A stretch of 48,457 nucleotides of DNA, from contig JBBAWP010000003.1 of the NCBI GenBank assembly GCA_040397155.1, positions 759-49,215 of the forward strand. The letters are read 5' to 3'. The notes below the pieces were generated by a model, which made no database searches, was not told where the DNA came from, and was given only the letters and a program-made list of their open reading frames with translations. Below, in pieces: positions 26,796 to 37,600 of the stretch. Origin of the DNA: Candidatus Limnocylindrus sp. Lineage in GTDB: Bacteria > Chloroflexota > Limnocylindria > Limnocylindrales > Limnocylindraceae. Position numbers and translations under genes: made by a program. Numbering within the stretch: the first letter of the stretch is position 1; each line of letters begins with the position of its first letter.

Positions 26796-27446
26796 CTACG
26801 CCTTCGGGCGTAACCCCTCTACCGCTGCGCGCATCTGCGCCGCTCCGAAAAGCGCTGTCCCAGCGACGAGGACGTCTCCCCCTTGTGCAACCGCATCAGC
26901 TGCGGTGCTGGACCGAATCCCACCATCTACGTGAATGAGTCGCTCAGCGCCGAGGAGCACTCGAATCTCTTTGATGCGCGCAGCTGCGTCGGGCTGATAT
27001 GACTGGCCACCGAAGCCGGACTTCACCGTCATGACGAGCGCAAAATCAAGATGCGCATCATGCGCTGCGAAGGCTCTGGCGGGTGTGCCTGGATCCGCTG
27101 CGAGACCAGCCTGCGCGCCTGCGGTTCGGATGGCATCAAGGGTCCCTTGATGGCGCTCTGGAACCTCAACGTGAATGGCAACGGTCTGGCAGCCAGCTGC
27201 GGCATATCGTGGCGCCCAGAGCGCAGGGTTTGCAATCATCAGGTGCGCATCAAATGGGAGCGACGTCACCCCACGCAGTGCATCAACGGTTGCGATCCCG
27301 AACGTAAGGTTCGGCACAAAGTGCCCGTCCATGATGTCTAGGTGGATGCGGTCGACGCCAGCCTGCTCCGCCGCCTGAACTGCTTCACGCAACGCGCCGA
27401 GATCCGCATTCAAGATGCTCGCTGCAATCTGAACCCCACGCGTCAC
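26796..27446 (-). CDS. rpe: Ribulose-phosphate 3-epimerase
   Basis: IHLDIMDGHFVPNLTFG and the full-length 216-aa TIM-barrel pattern. Confidence 0.95.
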   Translation of the reverse strand: MTRGVQIAASILNADLGALREAVQAAEQAGVDRIHLDIMDGHFVPNLTFGIATVDALRGVTSLPFDAHLMIANPALWAPRYAAAGCQTVAIHVEVPERHQGTLDAIRTAGAQAGLAADPGTPARAFAAHDAHLDFALVMTVKSGFGGQSYQPDAAARIKEIRVLLGAERLIHVDGGIRSSTAADAVAQGGDVLVAGTALFGAAQMRAAVEGLRPKA

Positions 27447-28648
27447 TGCTCAACCCCTCCAAGTGGCCCAGACGGCGCTAGTGGTGTTGGTGAACGCTCC
27501 CCCTTCAGTGCGGCCGCGCTCGCTACGACCAGAAGCTCTCTGCGGCGGGCCACTGCTGCTGGCGCTGGAGCGCCAGCACGTTCAGCAGCGAGTTGCCCAC
27601 ACGCGGCACCCGCCTCGCGACCTCGGTTTCTCCGAACCGTTACCGAGAGGCCGGAGGCGCGCAGCTGCTCTGCAATCTCTTCAATGCGTGCGGCGGGACT
27701 CTCCTGCCATGGCGTATGTGCGACGCTATTCATTGGGATCAGATTGACGTGTGCGCTGCTCCCGCGCAGGAGTTGTGCCAAGGCCGCGGCATCTTCTGGG
27801 CTGTCGTTGATGCCGTCAATCATCGTCACCTCAAACGTGGTCCGTCGCCCAGTTGCACGTGCATGCGCTGCTGCGGCTGCAATCACTTCCTCTACAGGCC
27901 ACTTACGGTTGAGCGGCACAAGCAGGTCGCGTAGAGCATTGCGCGCCGCATGGAGAGAGACGGCGAGGGTCACCTGAGGCCGCACCTTTGCGAGCCTGGC
28001 GATCCCTGGCACCACTCCGCTCGTTGAAACAACAATTCGACGTTGTCCGATGCCGCCCCGAAGTGGGTCGGTGAGGCCGTCAATTGACGCGAGTACGGGG
28101 TCAAGATTCTGGAGTGGCTCCCCCATCCCCATGAACACGACGTTCGTGAGCTCCCGCCCTTCGCCTCGAAGGATCTGTCGCGCGCGACGCACCTGATCTT
28201 GGATCTCACCAGCGGTCAGGTTGCGGGTAAAGCCAAGCTCACCCGTGGCGCAGAAGGGGCAGCCGACCGCGCACCCTGCTTGGCTTGAGACGCAGATGGT
28301 CGCTCGCTCTCCGCGGCCGCGCCGTGGATCTGGCGGATAGCGCATCAGCACCGCCTCAACCTTCGCGCCACCGCTGAGCGTGATCAGGAGCTTGCTCGTT
28401 GCCCCGTCCTCAACATCTTCTCGTTCGAGCTGCTCTGCAGAGTAGAAGCGGGCGACACCAGCGAGCGCCTCCTGCGCTCGTCGGCTCAGCGTCGTGACCT
28501 CCGACCAGGTCGTGGCATCAGAGCGCCAAATCGCATCAAGGATCTGAGCCGAGCGGTACTTCTCAAGTCCAAGATCGGCCACAAGTTGCGCAACCGCACT
28601 CGGATCAAGATCACTGATCGCGGGGAGGGGTGATGCTGCGGTGCTCAT
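27443..28648 (-). CDS. rlmN: 23S rRNA/tRNA (adenine-C2)-methyltransferase RlmN (radical SAM)
   Basis: CVSSQAGCAVGCPFCATG CxxxCxxC cluster and MGMGEPL motif. Confidence 0.93.
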   Translation of the reverse strand: MSTAASPLPAISDLDPSAVAQLVADLGLEKYRSAQILDAIWRSDATTWSEVTTLSRRAQEALAGVARFYSAEQLEREDVEDGATSKLLITLSGGAKVEAVLMRYPPDPRRGRGERATICVSSQAGCAVGCPFCATGELGFTRNLTAGEIQDQVRRARQILRGEGRELTNVVFMGMGEPLQNLDPVLASIDGLTDPLRGGIGQRRIVVSTSGVVPGIARLAKVRPQVTLAVSLHAARNALRDLLVPLNRKWPVEEVIAAAAAHARATGRRTTFEVTMIDGINDSPEDAAALAQLLRGSSAHVNLIPMNSVAHTPWQESPAARIEEIAEQLRASGLSVTVRRNRGREAGAACGQLAAERAGAPAPAAVARRRELLVVASAAALKGERSPTPLAPSGPLGGVEQ

Positions 28649-29589
28649 GAGCGGATTCTCGCATGCGGAGCGAGAAGTTCCGGTCGGCCGTGAATCAGCG
28701 CAGTTCCGCTCATGCGGCGCCCGCCCATCGGGGTCACTTCAAGGAGTGGGAGGGCGCCCCCTTTCAGTCCAAGGAGGAGAACCTCCTCATGCACGAGGAG
28801 GCCTCCAAGAGGGACGTCAATCTCAGCGAGCGGTGCGCCAATCACATCAAGCTTCAGCCGCTCGAGCGCTGGGGCGAGGCTGATCCAGACACCAGGCCAT
28901 GGACGGTACGCGCGCCATGCCCGGTGTGCGTGCTCTGCCTTCCAGGTTGCCAAAATCTCACCGTCCGACCGTTGCAAACGACGCGTCAGTGAAACACCCT
29001 CTGCAGGCTGAGCGCTCGGAACGATCTCCCCTGCAAGGTATCGATCCAACGTCCTTACGATGCCGTCCGCCGCCAGTTGCGCGAGTTGCGCCTCAAGACG
29101 CGGTGCGTCCTCGTCGCCGCGCAACTGATGCCGCTGCACTGCGAGGAGCGGCCCTGTATCCAGCCCCTCATCCATGAGGATGGTACTCACTCCGGTCTCT
29201 TGATCGCCAGCCAGGATTGCTGCAGGGATCGGTGCGGCGCCACGATACACAGGCAGAAGCGAAGGGTGAAGATTCAGGATCCCTCGCGGAACCGAGCGCA
29301 ACATTTCAGCAGGAACGATCTGCCCAAAGTCTGCGAGCAGGCCCACGGTTACATCAAGGGAAGCGATCGTCTCCTGCGTGGAGGGGGCGCGGAGTCGCTC
29401 AACTTCAAGGAGTGGCAGATCGCGCTCCCGCGCCCACGATGCGACTGGCGTTGCAACGAGCGCGCCGTCTCGCCCCGACGGCCGCGGTGCGGCAGTGATC
29501 ACGGCGGCAATACTCCCCTCGTGCTTCTCGTGGAGAGCATCAAATGCTGGCACGCCGAAGCCGCCACTCCCAATCAACAGGAGCCGCAG
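28645..29589 (-). CDS. fmt: Methionyl-tRNA formyltransferase (start uncertain: CTG 29589, TTG 29577 or ATG 29679/29673)
   Basis: LRLLLIGSGGFGVPAFDAL aligns to the canonical MRIVFMGTPEFAVP N-terminus, and HPSLLPVYRGAAPI is present. A CTG start gives the typical 314 aa. The longest ORF overlaps def by 89 nt. Confidence 0.85.
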   Translation of the reverse strand: MRLLLIGSGGFGVPAFDALHEKHEGSIAAVITAAPRPSGRDGALVATPVASWARERDLPLLEVERLRAPSTQETIASLDVTVGLLADFGQIVPAEMLRSVPRGILNLHPSLLPVYRGAAPIPAAILAGDQETGVSTILMDEGLDTGPLLAVQRHQLRGDEDAPRLEAQLAQLAADGIVRTLDRYLAGEIVPSAQPAEGVSLTRRLQRSDGEILATWKAEHAHRAWRAYRPWPGVWISLAPALERLKLDVIGAPLAEIDVPLGGLLVHEEVLLLGLKGGALPLLEVTPMGGRRMSGTALIHGRPELLAPHARIRS

Positions 29590-29590
29590 A

Positions 29591-30145
29591 TCAGTGACTG
29601 TGTGCCTCTGCGGCGCGAGCCGCACGCTTCGCGCGTTTCCCTTCCGGACTTTCAGGATCAGTCTCGCTGCCATCTTCATCGCCGGTTACGGCGATCAGCT
29701 GGTCGAGTGAATCAAGATAGTCAATGTAAAGTTTCCCCTTAAGATGATCAAGCTCGTGCTGCACGGCGCGCGCAATGTAGCCGTGTTCGCTGAACTTATA
29801 GACACGACCGTGACGATCTTGCGCTTCAACCCACACTCGTTCGCGTCGAGTGATGTCGGCAACGTAGCCTGGGATTGATAGGCACCCTTCAAGATCGGTC
29901 ACATCGCCCTTGTCGCGCATGATGCGCGGGTTGACGAGCTCATACGTGCGCCCTTTCGCTTCGACGACCGCAACGTTAAGCGGTTCGCCAAGCTGGGGGG
30001 CGGCAAGTCCAGCGCCTGGGGCAGCGCGCATCGTGTGCACGAGATCGTCAAGAAGGCTGTGCAGCAACTTTCCAAAACTCTCTACGGGCTCCCCGGGCAT
30101 GCGGAGGCGCGGATCACCGAGGAGCAGGATCGGCTTCACACTCAT
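29591..30145 (-). CDS. def: Peptide deformylase with a ~30-aa charged C-terminal tail
   Basis: GAGLAAPQLG, EGCLSIPG and HELDHL metal-binding motifs. Confidence 0.93.
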   Translation of the reverse strand: MSVKPILLLGDPRLRMPGEPVESFGKLLHSLLDDLVHTMRAAPGAGLAAPQLGEPLNVAVVEAKGRTYELVNPRIMRDKGDVTDLEGCLSIPGYVADITRRERVWVEAQDRHGRVYKFSEHGYIARAVQHELDHLKGKLYIDYLDSLDQLIAVTGDEDGSETDPESPEGKRAKRAARAAEAHSH

Positions 30146-30173
30146 GGCCTGATTCTACCAATCGGCGGGGAGG

Positions 30174-32591
30174 CTAGAGGAGCGTCTCTGGATCCAAGTC
30201 AATACTGACATCGCGCCCTCCGAGCGCCCGAACAAACGGGAGCGGATCTGCAGCGCGCAGAATGAGGTTCTCCCTCCAACGCCCCGCGCGTTTCGGCACC
30301 CAAGCAGGGATCGGCCCAAGGAGACGCGCCCCGGAACCCTCTGGAAGCTGGCCGCGCAGCTTCTCCGCAACGGCAACCGCGCGCGTATGAGTAGCCGTTG
30401 CAGTAGCGCCAGAGACGGTGATCTTTGCCGTGCGCAGGAAGGGGGCACCACCAGCCCGTTCACGAAGCAGAACTTCGCGCCGACGCCACGCACTCACGTC
30501 ACCGCCACGCGCAAGCTCTACCGCCGCCGCAATCGCAGGATCTTCCGGCCGATAGCTCTGCACCCATGCGGTCCCACCGCTCCCCCCTCGCCCCAAGCGA
30601 CCACTCGCTTGCACGATCAGAGAGACGACCCGCTCCGCAGCGCGTTCATCGGGGAGGAGGAGGCCCGCGTCCGCAGAGGCGATCCCAACCAGCGCGAGGC
30701 GAGGGAGATCTAACGCCTTGGCCGCCAGTGCGGTACCGATCAGCAGTTGGGTCTCACCCTTTCGGAAGGCGTCCAAGATGCGATCGCCTGCACCGATGCT
30801 CGCGGTGGTGTCCGCGTCGAGTCGGCCGATGCGAAGCGACGGCAGGAGTCGCTTCACTTCGCCCTCAAGGCGCTCGGTTCCACCACCGATCGCGCGAATC
30901 CGCGCACCGTTGCACGAAGGGCAGCGCGTGAGCGGCTCCGCAACGAGCCCACACCCGTGACAGCGGAGCAGCGACCCAGCACTGTGCAGGACGAGTGGCC
31001 GTTCACACGACGGGCATGATTGCGCCGCGCCACAGTCCCTGCAGAGCAGTGCCGATGCAAGGCCTCGCCGATTCATGATCAGAAGTGCCTGCTCCCCTTC
31101 GCCCCAATTGAGCGCCTCAAGCGCTGCGAGGAGTGGTCGACTGATCATTGATTTCCAGCCGTCCTCAAGTTCGCGACGCATGTCAACCACTTCGACACGG
31201 ATTACCGCGCTGCGATGCTCAAGGGTTACATGACGCCACTCTTGCTGTTTGGCCCGTGCGATCGTCTCAATGGATGGCGTCGCACTGACAAGAAGGACGG
31301 GTGCTGCCGCGAACGCACCGAGCATGATTGCAGCGTCGCGCGCATGGAGGCGTGGGGTGCGATCAGACTTGTAGGCCGCCTCATGCTCCTCATCAACGAC
31401 GATCAGGCCAACTTCACGGCTCAGCGCGCCCAACGCAACGCGAGTGCCCACCACGAGGTGTGGCCCGACCTCCTGCAGTCGGGCGTGAGCATCCAGCCGC
31501 TCACCTTGGCTCGCCCCTGAATGCACGAGTTCCGGCTCAACCCCTGTGATGCTCCGAAGCACATCAGCAGCAAGTGCAACCTGCGTTGCCTCAGGGACGA
31601 GCCAGAGCACTGAACGCCCCGCGGAGAGCGTGCGCGACGCGATCTCAGCGGCGAGACGACTCTTCCCCGATCCTGGCGCTCCATCAATCAGCGTGACGCC
31701 GTCAAGGCGCGGCTCACTGAGGAGTGCGCGCTGTGTGGGGCTCCATTCGGAGACAGAGAGATCGCTGATGACGTTGTCGCGGCGATCAGCGTGACGTCGC
31801 TGGTGTCGTCGCATCGCAATCTGCACGAGACCGAGGGCTGCAAGTCGACGGGCGGCGGGAAGCCCGCCAGGGAGATCGGCTGCACGTACCTGTCCATCGC
31901 CGCTTGCTTCGGCGCGATCCAGCGCTGCCAGCAACTCGCGCTGGCGGAGTCCGAGGCGAGTACGGGCATCTGGCAGATCAGCGGCGCTCGTTCGTGATGC
32001 GTACGCTTCTTCAATCAGGCGACCATGCACGGCACTCAGCCTCCAACTTCGCTCAAGCCGACCATCGCGCTCACCACTCCGAATCAGTGCCAGGAGCGCG
32101 CTGCGCCCGCTTCCACGTGCCCCAGCAAGTCGGTCAACCGATACCCATGTCTGGCTGATCCCTACACGCTCCTCTGCTTCACTTGGCGCACCCACCGAGC
32201 GAATGGCAACCTCCACCTTGTCGAGGAGACTAGGCGGAAGGAGCGAACGAACGGTCAGTGCAAGCGGTGCCAGCCAGTGTGTCGCGATCGCCTCAGCGAG
32301 GCGCATGCCGAGCGATCCAATCAGGGGGTCGCCGCTTAGCTTCGCCTCCGCACGCTTTAGGGTGACGCCAGAGGGAGGCGGGAGTGCGCCAACGTTTGAG
32401 GTAACGATCCCGATCGCGCGCCGCCCGCCAAATGGCACGACAACCGCGTCTCCAATCTCAACCTCTCCATGTTCTGGGGGTAAATAATCGTAGAGCCGCT
32501 CCCCTTGCGGGCCAGGGAGATCCACCGCAATGCGAACGGTGTTCGGCGGATCACTGGGCCGCACAGTTCGGGGCACGTCGCCCCCACTCAC
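30174..32591 (-). CDS. priA: Primosomal protein N' (replication restart helicase PriA)
   Basis: 805 aa. DGAPGSGKS Walker A, VVDEEHE, and a Cys-rich zinc insert (CRDCG..CPSC..CHGCG..CPSC). Confidence 0.93.
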   Translation of the reverse strand: MSGGDVPRTVRPSDPPNTVRIAVDLPGPQGERLYDYLPPEHGEVEIGDAVVVPFGGRRAIGIVTSNVGALPPPSGVTLKRAEAKLSGDPLIGSLGMRLAEAIATHWLAPLALTVRSLLPPSLLDKVEVAIRSVGAPSEAEERVGISQTWVSVDRLAGARGSGRSALLALIRSGERDGRLERSWRLSAVHGRLIEEAYASRTSAADLPDARTRLGLRQRELLAALDRAEASGDGQVRAADLPGGLPAARRLAALGLVQIAMRRHQRRHADRRDNVISDLSVSEWSPTQRALLSEPRLDGVTLIDGAPGSGKSRLAAEIASRTLSAGRSVLWLVPEATQVALAADVLRSITGVEPELVHSGASQGERLDAHARLQEVGPHLVVGTRVALGALSREVGLIVVDEEHEAAYKSDRTPRLHARDAAIMLGAFAAAPVLLVSATPSIETIARAKQQEWRHVTLEHRSAVIRVEVVDMRRELEDGWKSMISRPLLAALEALNWGEGEQALLIMNRRGLASALLCRDCGAAQSCPSCERPLVLHSAGSLLRCHGCGLVAEPLTRCPSCNGARIRAIGGGTERLEGEVKRLLPSLRIGRLDADTTASIGAGDRILDAFRKGETQLLIGTALAAKALDLPRLALVGIASADAGLLLPDERAAERVVSLIVQASGRLGRGGSGGTAWVQSYRPEDPAIAAAVELARGGDVSAWRRREVLLRERAGGAPFLRTAKITVSGATATATHTRAVAVAEKLRGQLPEGSGARLLGPIPAWVPKRAGRWRENLILRAADPLPFVRALGGRDVSIDLDPETLL

Positions 32592-33211
32592 ACGCTGATC
32601 CGACGCTCCGGATGCTTGGCGCGTTCCGCGAGGACGATCTTCTCAACCTGCGCGGCCGCCTCTTCCGGGTAACCAGTTTCGTTGAGTACGAGGTAGTCAT
32701 ACTCTTTTGCACGATCCATCTCCACGATCGCACTTCGCGCTCGAGTCACGAGATCTTCCGGAGACTCAGTCCCGCGGCCCGCGAGTCGGGCAGCGAGCGC
32801 CTCAGGTGACGGTGGCGCAATGAAGATGAGGATCGCCTCGGGAATCTCTGCGCGAACGCTGCGTGCGCCTTGCACGTCGATCTTGAGGATCGCATCCTCG
32901 CCACGCTCCAGCGCCTCTCGAACCTCACTCCGAGGCGTCCCGTACGAGCGCCCATGAACCGTCGCTGACTCAAGCAGACCGCTCGCCTCGCGCAGGGCGG
33001 TGAATGATTCGTCGGTGTGGAAGTGATAGTGCACGCCGTTCATCTCACCCGATCGCGGCTCTCGAGTGGTACAGGTCACCACGTAGTGGAAGGTTTGACC
33101 GATCGGTCGGCGACGCAACTCGTTAATGATTGTGTCCTTTCCCACGCCACTGGGGCCTGAGATCACAATCACCTGCGCTCCTGCTGCGCCATCGCGCCGC
33201 TGACCTGGCAT
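32588..33211 (-). CDS. gmk: Guanylate kinase
   Basis: VISGPSGVGKDT P-loop and TTREPRSGE motif. Confidence 0.93.
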   Translation of the reverse strand: MPGQRRDGAAGAQVIVISGPSGVGKDTIINELRRRPIGQTFHYVVTCTTREPRSGEMNGVHYHFHTDESFTALREASGLLESATVHGRSYGTPRSEVREALERGEDAILKIDVQGARSVRAEIPEAILIFIAPPSPEALAARLAGRGTESPEDLVTRARSAIVEMDRAKEYDYLVLNETGYPEEAAAQVEKIVLAERAKHPERRISV

Positions 33212-34155
33212 CAGCCCTCCGATCTCTCTCCGTGCAACCGTAGCGTATCAAGAGGGAGCTGCAGATCCGGTGGGAGTGGCGCCTCGAGCCGCATCAGCCG
33301 CCCGTCGCGCGGATGGGTGAACGCGATCCGCCAGGCATGCAGGAAGAGTCTCGTCGTCCCTTCAGGTCCGCGTCGGCTCGTTCCGTTTCCGTACGTTGGG
33401 TCGCCCGCGATCGGATGACCGATCTCCGTCAAATGAACGCGGATCTGGTGCGTTCGGCCGGTGATCAGATCGACTTCGAGCATCGTCCATCCCGCGAATC
33501 GCTCACGCACTCGATAGCCAGTTGTGGCCGGGCGACCGCCGGCAACGACCGCCATCCGCTTTCGCTCCGATGGGTCACGACCGATTGGAGCCTCAATCCG
33601 TCCAACCTCCGCAGCAACAGGGCCCTGCACGAGCGTGATGTAGGTCTTCTTGACGCGTCGTGCCTTCAGTTGTGCCATGAGGCTTGACTGAGCAAGATCC
33701 CCTTTCGCCACGACCAGCAGGCCTGAGGTGTCTTTATCAAGTCGGTGAACGAGTCCAGGACGCGCTACCCCAGCAATGCCAGGAAGGTCCTCCACATGAT
33801 GAAGGAGCGCGTTCACGAGTGTTCCGCTTGCATGCCCCGGAGCCGGGTGCACCACAAGCCCCGCAGGCTTGTCCACCACAAGGATGTCTTCGTCTTCATA
33901 CACCACGCTAATCGGGATCTCTTCAGCCAAGAGCTGCGCATCAGCCACTGGCGGGATAGAGAGGTGGAGTGTGCCTCCCGGAATCAGCGTGCTGCTTGCG
34001 CGAATCTCCACGCCGTTCATAGTGAGCCGCCCCTCGCTGATCAAACGCTGGACGAACGAACGAGAGAGACCGCAACGATCTGCAACGAATCGATCCGCAC
34101 GCTGTCGCGCCGCTTCAGGCGGGATCGGAAGATCAATCTCTCGGGGGTCGCTCAT
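33211..34155 (-). CDS. rluD: 23S rRNA pseudouridine synthase, RluA/RluD family
   Basis: N-terminal S4 domain (RADRFVADRCGLSRSFVQRLI) and catalytic HRLDKDTSGLLVVAK. Confidence 0.88.
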   Translation of the reverse strand: MSDPREIDLPIPPEAARQRADRFVADRCGLSRSFVQRLISEGRLTMNGVEIRASSTLIPGGTLHLSIPPVADAQLLAEEIPISVVYEDEDILVVDKPAGLVVHPAPGHASGTLVNALLHHVEDLPGIAGVARPGLVHRLDKDTSGLLVVAKGDLAQSSLMAQLKARRVKKTYITLVQGPVAAEVGRIEAPIGRDPSERKRMAVVAGGRPATTGYRVRERFAGWTMLEVDLITGRTHQIRVHLTEIGHPIAGDPTYGNGTSRRGPEGTTRLFLHAWRIAFTHPRDGRLMRLEAPLPPDLQLPLDTLRLHGERSEG

Positions 34156-34631
34156 CGGTTCCTCTGGTCACGTTCACGCGGTGAACGGAGTGCCGCGAGC
34201 AGCATGATCAAGATCCCGAAACTAATTCCCATATCAGCCACATTAAAGGTCCAGAAGCGCAAGGAGCCAACCCCAAGGTCAATGAAGTCGAGCACGTAGC
34301 CCATCGTGATGCGATCGAGCAGATTCCCCAGCGCACCACCGATCAAGAGCCCGGTTGCAAAGGTCAGCGCAGACGGTCGCCGCTCACCCTCCCGCTCATG
34401 CACCACCAAGAGTGCAACCACGACGCCGAGACTCAAGAGTGCAAGAATCGGTGCGCTCCCTTGGAAGAGGCCGAAGAGACCGCCTCGGTTCTCACTGCGA
34501 ATCAACTGCAGGGTGCTTCCAATGATCTCCCGTGGAGAGCCCTCACTTAGTAGATCAGGGAGCACCGATTTGCTGAACCGATCAAGCAGAAAGACGAGGC
34601 TCGCCACACCAACGACAAGTGCACGCCTCAT
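34152..34631 (-). CDS. lspA: Lipoprotein signal peptidase (signal peptidase II)
   Basis: Start at ATG 34631 forms an ATGA overlap with the ileS stop. Four TM segments, NRGGLFG and FNVADMGISFG motifs. Confidence 0.88.
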   Translation of the reverse strand: MRRALVVGVASLVFLLDRFSKSVLPDLLSEGSPREIIGSTLQLIRSENRGGLFGLFQGSAPILALLSLGVVVALLVVHEREGERRPSALTFATGLLIGGALGNLLDRITMGYVLDFIDLGVGSLRFWTFNVADMGISFGILIMLLAALRSPRERDQRNR

Positions 34632-37600
34632 TCGGTCGCGCGGCGAATGAACAGTTCCGCGTCGCCTCCAGAGAGCGCCACGGTCGCGCGCTCCCACCCG
34701 GAGAGTGGTGCTCCCCCGTTCGCTGCGAAGTGGCAGCGGAGCGCGCCAACCGCGCTAACAATCTCCCCCCGATGCTGCTCCAGTTCGCTCGGGGCACCTC
34801 GAATCTCCATCTCCACGCGGTCTTCCCGCTGGAGCCCCGCACTCTTTCGCGCCTCTTGCACTGCGCGAATCACCTCACGTGCATCACCTTCAATAACCAG
34901 TGCGGGCGTCAAACTCGTGTCAAGCTCCACAACCAACCCGTCATCCTCAGCCACATGTTGACCCTCACGAGGGACCGCCTGAATTTCAATCTCATCGGCA
35001 GCAAGCTCAACCCCCGCAATAGCGACTGCACCGTTCGCAAGAAACTCAACCTTCCCGTCGCGTGCCGCTTGCATCACAACCTGCGTCGATGCACCGAGTC
35101 GCTTCGCAACCTTCGGAAGGAGAACCTTGACGCGACGCTCAAAGAGGCCAGAGGCATCGTCAACGCGCTCAACGCTCTTCACGTTGAGCTCATCAGCGAG
35201 GATGTTCTGGAGGGCTTCTGCGTCGGCACCGCGAACGCCAAGAACCACACGGGCGCGAGCGAGAGGCTGGCGGGTCCGGATGCCTGCTGCACTGCGTACT
35301 GAACGGCCGAGCTCCGCGGCGCGAATGATCCGCTCCATTGCCGACTCCAGTTCGCTGTCGCGCCATCCCGCACTCTCTTCAGTCGGCCAGTGCAGGAGGT
35401 GGATGCTGCCAGGTGCGCTCCCTGTGCGAATCGCCCCAGCGAGCGGGCGTGCCGCCCCGCCGACAACCTCGCTGACCCCTGCGCCTGCTGCGCCCCCGTT
35501 CGTTTGGTCGCTGCCTACCAAGTTGCGGTACAGCGAATCAGTGAAGAACGGGCTGATCGGCGCGGCCACCCGAAGCAGCGTGAGTAGTGCCTGATGCAAC
35601 GTGTCGAAGGCAGCGTGCCTTTCACGCTCTGGAGCATCCGCGGCAAACTGATCACGTGTGCGACGGAGGTACCAGGTAGAAAGCTCGTCAATCCCCTGTT
35701 CAAGGCGACGAACCGCAGCGTACGCGTCGTAGGCTCGCAACGAGGTTTCGACGCTGGAGGCGAGTTCGGCTGAGCGACTGAGAATCCACCGATCCATCAC
35801 GCTTCGCGACGAAGCTGGCACCTCAACCTCACCTGGCGTCCATCGGGCGGATCGCGCCTGTCCAACGAGGAACGCGTAAACGTTCCATAGAACGAGCAGG
35901 CGGCGACGCGTCTCATCAGCTGCCTCCCAGCCGAAGAGCACGTTCTCCTCTGGCCGTGAGCCCACAAAGAGCCAGCGCATCACGTCCGCACCCATGCGGT
36001 CGGCCGCCTCATCGAACTCAATGGAATTCCCCCAGCTCTTGTGCATCGCCCGTCCGTCAGCACCCACTACAAGCCCGTAGCCGAAGATTGTCTTTGTCGG
36101 TTCGCTTGACGCCATCACCGTAGACATGGCGAGGAGCGAATAGAACCAGTTGCGGAACTGTCCTGGGAAGCTCTCGGTGATGAAGTCGGCGGGGAACCAA
36201 CGCTTCCAGTAATCAGGATCTTCGCGGTACCGGAGCGTTGAGAACGAGACAATCCCTGCATCGAGCCAGGGGTTCCCCACGTCAGGGACGCGCGTCACCT
36301 TCTCACCGCACCCGCTGCAGTCAATCTGCACCTCATCGATGTATGGGCGGTGCGCCGTGTGTCCCTTGAGCGCCGCCGCTCCAGCGGTTGCACGCCCCTC
36401 CAACTCTTTGCGCGAACTGAGCACTTCAACCTTGCCGCACGAGGCGCACTCGTAAATCGGCAGCGCGAGGCCCCAGTAGCGCTTCTTCGAGATCATCCAG
36501 TCGCTCATGTTGCGCAGCCAATCAAGTTCTCGCTCATACCCGAACTCTGGAAGCCAGGTGATCCGGTCGACCACGGACATGATCTGGTAACGAAGGCTCG
36601 CGTCGAGCTCCAACTTTGTGAGCTCGCTGCGTGGCTTGTCGTAGAGTGGCCCCATGCTGATGAACCACTCATCAACGAGCCGAAAGACGAGCGGTGTTGC
36701 GCAGCGCCAGCAGTGTGGGTATCGGTGCGTGATCTTCTCACGACGCAGCAGACTCTTTGCGGCGGTGAGGTGCGCGAACACGTCCTCTGTCACCTCATGC
36801 CACTCGCGTCCACTGAGGTCTCCGAAGCCGTCGAGGTAGAGGCCCGATTCATCAATTGGCGCAATCGCAGGGAGCCCCTCAGCAACACCGAGCTTATGGT
36901 CATCGCTTCCGCATCCAGGAGCAATGTGCACGATGCAGGTCCCCTCTTCGGAACCAACGTCGTCCCATCCGATCACGCGGTGCGCAGCCCCATCAGGTCC
37001 GAGCGCTTCACGCACGGCGGGCAGGTCATCAAAAGGCGCACGGTACTTCCAGCCGATCAGCTCGGACCCTTTTCGTGTTTCAAGGAGGACAGCGCGGGGG
37101 GCACCGCCACCAAGGGTGGCAGTGCGACGCGATGCGCCAATCCAGAGCTTGCGGCCGTCAAACTCCACAAGTTCGTAGTCGAGCGAAGGCTGGACTGCGG
37201 CGGCAACATTCGCCGCAACGGTCCACGGCGTCGTGGTCCATGCAATGAGCTCCTCGCCTGGACGATCCACAAGTGCCAGGCCGAAGTAGAGCGACTGGTC
37301 TTCACGATCCGCATACCCTTCGGTCATCTCGTGCTGGCTGATCCCAGTGCCACAGCGGGCGCACCACGGCATGCTGTCGCTCCCCTTGTAGAGCCAGCCG
37401 CGCGCATGACACGTTGCAAGGAAGGTCCAGATGAGGTCGTTATTCTCATCGGAGAAGGTGAAGTACGAACCACCAACCTCTGGGGTGCCGAGTCGCCCAA
37501 TCAGCTGCTCCACTGGGCCGCTGACAGGACCGTCCACACCAGCGATCGTGACCGGCGTGGTTGGACCCTCTGCGAGTGCATCACGAAGCTTCAGCAGCTC

